IMG/VR virus record: IMGVR_UViG_3300006201_000047
Reading direction: 5' to 3' (one strand)
Length of the DNA stretch: 42,302 nucleotides
DNA from: a virus
This document shows, one piece after another, positions 1-7,093 of the stretch. Position 1 is the stretch's first letter, and each line of letters opens with the position of its first letter. Below the pieces are notes generated by a model. That model was not told the DNA's origin, made no database searches, and saw nothing but the letters and a program-made list of their open reading frames with translations. The translations under genes were made by a program, and so were the position numbers.

Positions 1-173
1 AACGGACAGATGATAAATGCACAGTCCGTTTTGGATAATATTGCTGGCTGGCTGGAAGATGTAGAAAATCTTCCAAAATTAACAGGAAACAGAAAAATAA
101 CGAAGTTTACCGCAAGTGACAGTTTTTCAGCCGTTGAAGAAGTCGAGGGTGACAAAGCAACTGTCTATGTATC
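1..173. repeat. Terminal direct repeat, copy 1 (identical to 42130-42302)
   Basis: Base-by-base reading: AACGGACAGATGATAAATGC...CTGTCTATGTATC occurs at both ends of the window. Confidence 0.95.
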
Positions 174-210
174 AAATGTGGTAATGGAATATCGAAAGAA
201 AGGAGCATAA
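1..210 (+). CDS. 3' part of the wrap-around gene that starts at 41884 (minor-capsid / head-tail joining type protein, 151 aa when joined)
   Basis: Frame of 1-210 is continuous with the open ORF 41884-42302 across the 173-bp overlap. It lies between the connector genes and the major tail gene. Confidence 0.6.
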   Translation, partial: NGQMINAQSVLDNIAGWLEDVENLPKLTGNRKITKFTASDSFSAVEEVEGDKATVYVSNVVMEYRKKGA

Positions 211-212
211 AA

Positions 213-737
213 TTGAAAAGACATGAATTACAGCATTTTGTAGATATAGCGATGGATAAAACGCTGTCAAAGACAGATTATCACTTGCTTGGAGAAGGTA
301 TAGCGTCTTTATCAGAAGAATTTAATGCAGAAGAGGAAACAGAACAGTGGATTAATCAGAAAAACGGCACAACTGATACGAAATCCTATACGCCTTCCAT
401 TTCTGTCGAAATTCAGGACGTGGACCAGGAAGATGTAGCACTTGCTGAATGGATTAATAATCTTGTAGATACTCTCCCGACTGGAAGCGAGGCAGTATCA
501 TCTTATGTCCGAGTAAGAATAAAAGGAGAAGGGCCATCTTATCCTGCAGTACAGCGTATGTGCACGATTACAGTTGGAAATACAGGAGGGGACGCAGGAG
601 CCAATGTGACAAACTCTATTACACTTGGTGGACGCGGCGATGGTATCACGGGAACGTTCAATGCAGAAACCAAGAAATTCACAGCAGGAGGAGCTTCGGG
701 AGCCTCTTTGGATAAATCGAAATCATTAAGCGATTAA
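213..737 (+). CDS. Probable major tail protein (174 aa, TTG start)
   Basis: First gene after the head-tail joining genes and just before the chaperone/tape-measure genes. Size and Gly/Thr-rich C-terminus fit siphovirus tail tube proteins. The call is positional. Confidence 0.5.
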   Translation: MKRHELQHFVDIAMDKTLSKTDYHLLGEGIASLSEEFNAEEETEQWINQKNGTTDTKSYTPSISVEIQDVDQEDVALAEWINNLVDTLPTGSEAVSSYVRVRIKGEGPSYPAVQRMCTITVGNTGGDAGANVTNSITLGGRGDGITGTFNAETKKFTAGGASGASLDKSKSLSD

Positions 738-746
738 GGAGGGAAT

Positions 747-1199
747 ATGGATAGTTTACGCATTGATAATGGTCTGAAAAAGATTGAGGTGAATGACGCA
801 GGGGAATGCATAGAATTTTCTGTTTTGGACAATGGCTTTTTCAGGGGATTTTCAGAATTGATGCAATGGTTTGATGGGAAAAACACCCAGGGAAACATTA
901 AGGACATAGAGGAGCAGGCCGGGAAAGTTGTTTCTGACAATGGGGATGGAATCAACCATGAAGCACTTAGCAATGTCCTTGATATCCGGGATAAGGTAAG
1001 TAAAGAGGCCTGTGAAAAGATTGATAATATTTTCGGTGTCGGGGCATCGAAAAAGATTTTCGGAAGTATCATTCCAGATATGTATTCAATTGCGGAGTTT
1101 TTTGAAAAGATTGCTCCGTTTATTGAGAAGTATGCAAAAGAGCGAAATCAGACTATTAACAGGAAGTATAGCAAGGGCAGGAAGGGTTCTAAAAGCTGA
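747..1199 (+). CDS. Tail assembly chaperone-like protein (150 aa)
   Basis: Acidic 150-aa ORF with RBS AGGAGGG, between the tail tube gene and the Gp15-like gene. The call is positional. Confidence 0.5.
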   Translation: MDSLRIDNGLKKIEVNDAGECIEFSVLDNGFFRGFSELMQWFDGKNTQGNIKDIEEQAGKVVSDNGDGINHEALSNVLDIRDKVSKEACEKIDNIFGVGASKKIFGSIIPDMYSIAEFFEKIAPFIEKYAKERNQTINRKYSKGRKGSKS

Positions 1200-1789
1200 T
1201 GTTCAATATCATGCTTGACAGACTTCCAACAGAATACAAAGGTTATCCCATCAACAGCGATTTCCGCATAGGAGTACAGATGTTTCAGGCTTTAAGTGAC
1301 AATGGATTAACTGACATGGAAAAGATGTCTATATCCTGTGCGCTGTTGTTTGATGTGGAGGGCGCCGAGGAATACCCCGACATGACGACCATGCAGGAGG
1401 GCATACAGTGGTTTTTATCTGACTGGTATACGGACAACCCTGTCAAGGGCAAGGAAGAACAGAAAAAGGATATGGACTATGATGTAGACCAGTGGCGCAT
1501 CTTCTCTGCCTTTTTGGCACAATTTGGGATAAATTTGAATACTGTTGATATGCACTTTTGGGTGTTTATGGGGCTTTTGTCCACACTGGAAGAATGCGCT
1601 TTTACTAGAATTGTGGATATCCGCACAAAGAAGATTGACCCGAAGTTGAAGCCGTCCGACAAAACAGAACTTAAAAAGGTCAAAGAACGTTATGCACTTG
1701 AGAGCGTAGAAGATTTCCAAATGTCTCCGCAGGAGCAGGCGGAATATGACGCGTTTATGAAATATGTGAAGAAAGGAAAGGAGCAGTGA
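1199..1789 (+). CDS. Phage Gp15-like tail assembly protein (196 aa)
   Basis: N-terminus MLDRLPTEYKGYPINSDFRIGVQMFQ resembles the Listeria A118 Gp15 family (PF06854), from memory. The ATG overlaps the upstream TGA. Confidence 0.6.
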   Translation: MFNIMLDRLPTEYKGYPINSDFRIGVQMFQALSDNGLTDMEKMSISCALLFDVEGAEEYPDMTTMQEGIQWFLSDWYTDNPVKGKEEQKKDMDYDVDQWRIFSAFLAQFGINLNTVDMHFWVFMGLLSTLEECAFTRIVDIRTKKIDPKLKPSDKTELKKVKERYALESVEDFQMSPQEQAEYDAFMKYVKKGKEQ

Positions 1790-2841
1790 AAGATAAAAAA
1801 ATAGGAATATATACCATGCAATGTGGAACGCAGTGCGTTGGATGCGATTACCCAATACATTTTGATACATATACAGGATGCTCTTTTGCCTGCTCATATT
1901 GCTTCGCAAACGAAAAGCCGAATAAAAACATTGTTGCACCTACAAACGGAGGAATTAACGCTTTGCGTCTATTTATCAGTGGCAAACGGACAAGTGAAAC
2001 GAGGTTCTGCGACTGGAGTATACCCATACACTGGGGTTCGACGAGCGACCCATTCCAACCGATAGAAAAGACGGAGTGCAAAACCCTTGAATGTCTGAAA
2101 TTGCTTGCAGAAACAAAATATCCGTTTATCATCAGCACAAAAGGAACGCTGATAGCAGAAGAACCTTATGTAAACCTTATTTCGAGATGCGAGTGTGTCG
2201 TGCAGATTTCCGTCGCTTGTAAGGAATATGACTCATTAGAAAGCGGCGCGCCAAAGTTTGAAGAGCGCGTAAAAACGGTTGAAAAGTTAAACAGTAAGGC
2301 TAAAAGGGTAATCATAAGGATTCAGCCATATTTCCCGGTGTACTTTTCTGAAATCAAAGAAAATCTCAAGGTTTTTTCGGATGCAGGAGCATACGGAATT
2401 ATAATAGAGGGATTCTCCACGAGAAGAAAGAAGAAATGTACAGACGGAATGGAATGGAACGGTAGCAGGTATCAGTATTCGGTTGAGATTCTTTCAGAAC
2501 ATTTCAAAGAAATAAAGAAAGAAGCGCATAAGTGCGGACTTAAATTCTTTTGCGGCGAAACAAGACTGCAATTTCTTGGAGATGATTTGACCTGTTGCGG
2601 GACGTTAGGACTTAGTAATTTTGTTCCAAATAAATACAATTTGCCACATATGGCCTATGACAAGAATTATCCTGCGCCAACAAAAGCAATGAAGCGTCCG
2701 GGAACTGCAAGGCCATTCCGAAGTGTCAATCAGAGCACAGAATGGTATAACAAAATAAAAGACGCGAGTTTTGAAGAAATGATGAACGATAACAAAGAAT
2801 ATGTAGACTGGCTCAGAGATTTAAAGGAGGTGTATGGATAA
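1786..2841 (+). CDS. Radical-SAM superfamily protein (351 aa), SPL/COG1533-like context
   Basis: CX3CX2C motif CSFACSYC in ...DTYTGCSFACSYCFAN, with an extra Cys pair (CGTQCVGC) upstream. GTG start overlaps the Gp15 stop, and AGGAG lies 6 nt upstream. Confidence 0.75.
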   Translation: MKDKKIGIYTMQCGTQCVGCDYPIHFDTYTGCSFACSYCFANEKPNKNIVAPTNGGINALRLFISGKRTSETRFCDWSIPIHWGSTSDPFQPIEKTECKTLECLKLLAETKYPFIISTKGTLIAEEPYVNLISRCECVVQISVACKEYDSLESGAPKFEERVKTVEKLNSKAKRVIIRIQPYFPVYFSEIKENLKVFSDAGAYGIIIEGFSTRRKKKCTDGMEWNGSRYQYSVEILSEHFKEIKKEAHKCGLKFFCGETRLQFLGDDLTCCGTLGLSNFVPNKYNLPHMAYDKNYPAPTKAMKRPGTARPFRSVNQSTEWYNKIKDASFEEMMNDNKEYVDWLRDLKEVYG

Positions 2842-3308
2842 TGTGTACGAATATGGGTGGAAAAGGGAAGACGGGGGGGACAAAAAGAACTTCTCAGAAG
2901 CCGAGTAAGCCATCATATTTTAAAGAATCAGAAAAAGCTGTTCAGTTGCAGGCTAATTTTCAACGGAGAGATACAGGAAAAGAATATTCTAAAATGGTGT
3001 GGGTTCCAAAATCCCAGCTTACAGATGATGGAAGACCATCAAGATGGATTGAGGGACAGAAACAGGACCAGGAAGGTTCTTATGTAATGTCCTGGCAGGA
3101 TTCAAAGGGAAAGAAATTTGGTTCTGGCATGACCCAAAGAGAAAAAGAATATGCACAGAACAGGCAGAAAAGATTTGAGTCGGGTGCAAAATCTTATAAT
3201 GATTTGCTTGCAAAGGCAAAATCAATGGGAGTTAAGGGAGTCCGGGTTGGAATGAAGAGAAAAACCATTCTGAAAAAAATAGAAGAATTTGAAAAGAAAA
3301 AGAAATGA
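2841..3308 (+). CDS. Lys/Arg-rich basic protein of unknown function (155 aa)
   Basis: By my count 38 of 155 residues are K or R, and the C-terminus is EKKKK. ATG overlaps the upstream TAA, and AGGAGG lies 10 nt upstream. Confidence 0.65.
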   Translation: MCTNMGGKGKTGGTKRTSQKPSKPSYFKESEKAVQLQANFQRRDTGKEYSKMVWVPKSQLTDDGRPSRWIEGQKQDQEGSYVMSWQDSKGKKFGSGMTQREKEYAQNRQKRFESGAKSYNDLLAKAKSMGVKGVRVGMKRKTILKKIEEFEKKKK

Positions 3309-3368
3309 TTGTTTACCGACACGTAAATGGAGCGTGCCGCTAACCTGAAAAAGCTACGGGCAGGGAAT

Positions 3369-3403
3369 AAAGACATCTCTGCTATGTGGAGGTGTCTTTT
3401 TAT
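3369..3403 (+). terminator. 11-bp stem-loop plus T-tract, terminator-like, that sequesters the tape-measure RBS
   Basis: AAAGACATCTC (3369-3379) pairs with GAGGTGTCTTT (3389-3399), including one G-U pair, around a 9-nt loop, followed by TTAT. GGAGG at 3388-3392 lies in the 3' arm. Confidence 0.6.
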
Positions 3404-6400
3404 ATGGCAGGATATGACGGAAGTATAAGAATAAACACGCAATTAAATACGAAAGATTTTGAAAAGGGCTCAAAGAGTCTTATTTCCGGAATAAAAAGCA
3501 TTGGAAACAGCCTCAGAGGGATTATAGGTTCTCTTGGATTTGGTCTCGGAATAGCAGGATTGGTTGCGCTTGGAAAACAGGCTATTGATACAGCCAGCGA
3601 TATCCAGGAAGTGCAAAATGTCGTTGATACAGCCTTTGGCAGCATGTCTTATAAGATGGAGGAGTTTGCTCAAAATTCTGTAAAACAATTTGGCATCTCT
3701 CAATTATCTGCAAAACAATTAGGCTCTACTTTTATGGCTATGGGGGCCTCTATGCTTGATAATATGGAAAAGTCCAGCGACATGGCAATAAATTTGACGG
3801 CGCGTGCGGCTGATATGGCTAGTTTCTATAACAAAAGTATAGAAGAGACCTCTTTTGCCTTAAAGTCTATATATACCGGAGAAACAGAATCTTTAAAAGA
3901 ATATGGCGTTGTAATGACTCAGGTTAATCTCCAGGAGTTCGCAAGGCAGCAGGGGATTAACAAGAGCATCCAAGCCATGACACAGGCAGAAAAAGTGGAG
4001 CTGCAATATGCTTATGTCATGCAGCAGACTGCACTTGCGGCCGGGGATTTTGCAAAGACTTCCGATAGCTGGGCAAATCAGACAAGAATACTGTCGGAGC
4101 AGTTCAAAGAATTGCTATCTATCTTGGGTTCTGGGCTTATCACCGTCCTCACACCTGTCATTAAATTTCTGAATACAGTGCTTACTATGCTTATAGCGAT
4201 TGCGAAACAAATCGGAGCCGTTTTGTCGAGTTTGTTTGGCATAAAAATCCCAACAGCAGATTCCGGCAAGTTTGCATCGGATTTATCCGCAGCGGCAGGA
4301 GGGGCGGACGACCTGGCAAATGGAATGGATGCAGCTGGAAAGTCGGCAGAGAAAGCCGGGAAAGCCGCAAGCAAAGCCCTTGCCCCATTCGATAGGCTGA
4401 ATGTTCTGAGCAAGGATTCAGGCGGGGGAGGGGGTTCTGGCTCAGGAGCCGGTGGAGGTGCTGGCGGCGGTGGATTTGAAATGCCGGAACTTTCTTTCAA
4501 GGAAGACACGGCGGGCGCAGCTGCGCTCGGCGGCGCGCTTGACGGAATCCTGGATAGGCTTAAGCAGCTGAAAGATTTATTTGTCAAGGGATTCTTTGAG
4601 GGGCTTGGGGACTATAAGCCAGTACTTGAAGAATTGAAAAAAGACATCTTATCAATAGGGAAGACTTTGAAAGAAATTTTTACCGACCCGGAAGTTGTCG
4701 CCGCGGCAAACAGATTCGCAGAACAGTTAGCGTATTCCCTGGGGCAGGTCGTAGGCTCCATTGCAAGCATTGGGCTTACGATAGCGCAAAATCTTGTGGG
4801 CGGCATGGAAAAATACCTCACGCAAAACAAAGAAAGAATCAAACAATATATTGTTTCCATGCTTGATATTGGAACAGAAATAGCAGCAATAATCGGAAAT
4901 TTTTCTGTTGCTCTGGCAGACATCTTTTCGGTATTTGGCAGCGATACGGCGCAGCAGATTACTGGAAATTTAATTGGTATATTTGTAGAAGTAGGTATGC
5001 TGATTTCTGAAAATGCTGCAAAACTTGGTCGGGATATCTTAAATATGATTGCCCAGCCAATTATTGACAACAAGGATAAAATCAAAGATGCAATAGAGGG
5101 AACTTTGAAGGCTATTGAACCTTTTACAAGTGGGCTTTTGTCAATCGTACAAAACATAAGGGGCGCAGTTTCGAAAGTGTACGATGAGCATTTGAAACCT
5201 TTGTTTGATTCTGTTACGAATGGACTTTCAAAAATTGTAGGCAAGTTACTGGATGGATATAACAAATACATAGTTCCAGTATTTCAAGGACTTGGAGATA
5301 AATTCAAAGAAATCATGGAAGGTCCGTTTGGTGATACGATTGGAAAGGTTGCAGAATTTATCGGGAAGTTGGTAGATGCAGTAAAACTCCTTTGGGAAAA
5401 CGTATTAATTCCATTTTTTTCTTGGGCCGCAGAAAACATTATGCCCGTTCTTGCCCCGATTGTTAATTTTATCGGAGAAACTGTACTGATAGTTCTTGAA
5501 AAAATTATAAAAATAATCGGAAATATTTCTGGTGCACTTAGCGGGATTATAGACTTTGTTGTTTGTGTTTTTACTGGAGACTGGGAAAAGGCGTGGAACG
5601 GGATAAAAAAATATTTTTCAGAAACATGGGACTCTATAAAAAATCTCCTTTCTACAACATGGGAAATTATCGGTAGCCTTATTAAAAATGGAGTTGAATT
5701 AGTAAAATCAGTGATAATAGCAGCATGGGAACGTATTAAGACAACTACTTCTATAGTTTGGAATGCAATAAAAGGCATTCTATCTACAGTTCTCGGTGCA
5801 ATGAAAGCACTTGTTGCCACTGTATTTAATGTAATAAAAACTACAATAACGACGGTATGGAACGGGATAAAATCCGTTACTTCCATAGTATGGAATGGGA
5901 TAAAATCTTCGTTGACTGTAATTTGGAATATATTAAAAACCTTAGTTTCTACAGTATTTAATGCAATAAAAAAATCAATTATAAACGCATGGAATAATGT
6001 GAAAGTCGTAACTTCAACAGTTTGGAATGCAATAAAAACTACAACTTCAAATATATGGAATGGAATCAAGAAAACAGTAACAGGTATTTGGAATGAGCTC
6101 AAGAGCTCTGTATCTACAGTATTTAATGGAATAAAAGACACAATCACAAATGTCTGGGATTCAGTAAAAACTGCTACCTCCACAATATGGGAAGGAATTA
6201 AGAACGCAATAAAGGCGCCAATTAACGCGATTATTGGTTTTATAAACGGAATGATAAGAGGTGTCATAAATGGAATAAACGGGGTGATAGGTGTGTTAAA
6301 CGGCCTTAATTTTAAAATCCCTGATTGGATTCCTGAGTTTGGAGGAAAAAGTTTTGGTTTTAATATTCCAAAAAAGACAGCACCGCAGATTCCATATCTT

Positions 6401-6658
6401 GCGTCTGGTGCGGTAATCCGTGGCGGAGACCCTTTTATGGCAGTACTTGGAGACCAGCCACGCGGACAAACGAACATAGAAACTCCACTTCCAACAATGA
6501 TAAAAGCATTTAAACAGGCCATGGAAGAAATGGGTGGTCCAGGTGGCGGAGAATATACTTTCATCGCACAGATTGACGGAAAAACAATTTTTAATGAAAC
6601 AGTAAAACAAGACCGCATGTATAGAAAGACTACCGGCCGTAGCGGATTCGCATATTAG
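3404..6658 (+). CDS. Tail tape measure protein (~1084 aa; alternative GTG start at 3386)
   Basis: Largest ORF in the window, downstream of the chaperones. It has helical and TM-like segments, a Gly-rich linker (SGGGGGSGSGAGGGAGGGG) and 11-residue aromatic repeats. Confidence 0.9.
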   Translation: MAGYDGSIRINTQLNTKDFEKGSKSLISGIKSIGNSLRGIIGSLGFGLGIAGLVALGKQAIDTASDIQEVQNVVDTAFGSMSYKMEEFAQNSVKQFGISQLSAKQLGSTFMAMGASMLDNMEKSSDMAINLTARAADMASFYNKSIEETSFALKSIYTGETESLKEYGVVMTQVNLQEFARQQGINKSIQAMTQAEKVELQYAYVMQQTALAAGDFAKTSDSWANQTRILSEQFKELLSILGSGLITVLTPVIKFLNTVLTMLIAIAKQIGAVLSSLFGIKIPTADSGKFASDLSAAAGGADDLANGMDAAGKSAEKAGKAASKALAPFDRLNVLSKDSGGGGGSGSGAGGGAGGGGFEMPELSFKEDTAGAAALGGALDGILDRLKQLKDLFVKGFFEGLGDYKPVLEELKKDILSIGKTLKEIFTDPEVVAAANRFAEQLAYSLGQVVGSIASIGLTIAQNLVGGMEKYLTQNKERIKQYIVSMLDIGTEIAAIIGNFSVALADIFSVFGSDTAQQITGNLIGIFVEVGMLISENAAKLGRDILNMIAQPIIDNKDKIKDAIEGTLKAIEPFTSGLLSIVQNIRGAVSKVYDEHLKPLFDSVTNGLSKIVGKLLDGYNKYIVPVFQGLGDKFKEIMEGPFGDTIGKVAEFIGKLVDAVKLLWENVLIPFFSWAAENIMPVLAPIVNFIGETVLIVLEKIIKIIGNISGALSGIIDFVVCVFTGDWEKAWNGIKKYFSETWDSIKNLLSTTWEIIGSLIKNGVELVKSVIIAAWERIKTTTSIVWNAIKGILSTVLGAMKALVATVFNVIKTTITTVWNGIKSVTSIVWNGIKSSLTVIWNILKTLVSTVFNAIKKSIINAWNNVKVVTSTVWNAIKTTTSNIWNGIKKTVTGIWNELKSSVSTVFNGIKDTITNVWDSVKTATSTIWEGIKNAIKAPINAIIGFINGMIRGVINGINGVIGVLNGLNFKIPDWIPEFGGKSFGFNIPKKTAPQIPYLASGAVIRGGDPFMAVLGDQPRGQTNIETPLPTMIKAFKQAMEEMGGPGGGEYTFIAQIDGKTIFNETVKQDRMYRKTTGRSGFAY
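5580..6215 (+). repeat. Tandem 33-nt (11-aa) repeats inside the tape measure gene
   Basis: About 19 consecutive units of the form (V/I)W(N/D/E)xIKxxxxx, for example VWNAIKGILST, VWNGIKSVTSI, IWNGIKKTVTG. Confidence 0.85.
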
Positions 6659-6667
6659 GAGGAAAAA

Positions 6668-7084
6668 ATGTTTGAAGGATGGCTTATAAAATTCGGGAAT
6701 GTGATTCTTCCAAATAGTTTTATTCTTACAGACGGCTGGGAATCCACGCCAAACCAGAGAGTGGAAATCGATGCATACAGAGATGCGAATGTCCTCCTAC
6801 ATCGAGAAACCAGTGAGAATTTTAAAACCTCTTTAACGCTTAATATCCGCTCTATGGATTTGGTGGAAATGACAGCCTTCAAAAATGTGATAGGCCTTGC
6901 GACACTTGAAATAACCAGCAAGAGAGAGCGAAGGCTTAGTGTTACATATTGGAACGATGAGGAATTAACATATAAAACAGCAACAATGTATATGCCAGAT
7001 ATTACATATTCCATTCGCACAGTCGATGAAGCTGCAAAAAATATAGAATATAATTCTTTTTCGATAGAACTGATTGAATATTGA
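6668..7084 (+). CDS. Distal tail (Dit)-position protein (138 aa)
   Basis: Immediately follows the tape measure gene and has RBS AGGAGG. It is shorter than typical Dit proteins, and the call is positional. Confidence 0.45.
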   Translation: MFEGWLIKFGNVILPNSFILTDGWESTPNQRVEIDAYRDANVLLHRETSENFKTSLTLNIRSMDLVEMTAFKNVIGLATLEITSKRERRLSVTYWNDEELTYKTATMYMPDITYSIRTVDEAAKNIEYNSFSIELIEY

Positions 7085-7093
7085 GGCAGGAAA

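Noticed and set aside
747-1789. Canonical -1 programmed frameshift (gpG/gpGT type) joining the two chaperone-region ORFs
   Set aside because: The -1 frame is closed by TAA at 1190-1192, just before the ATG at 1199. The only slippery-looking run (TTTTTTG at ~1098) enters a TGA at 1103. The two ORFs instead look coupled through the overlapping TGATG.
4078-4587. Pro/Ala/Ser-rich 169-aa minus-strand ORF (and the similar ORF at 33466-33984)
   Set aside because: Both are antisense to Gly-rich coding segments (GGN codons read as NCC = Pro/Ala/Ser). This is a compositional artefact.
5284-6618. 444-aa ORF on the minus strand inside the tape-measure gene
   Set aside because: It is a shadow ORF of the 33-nt repeat array. 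It is entirely antisense to a well-supported 1,084-aa gene, has no RBS, and its sequence is repetitive F/I/P-rich noise.
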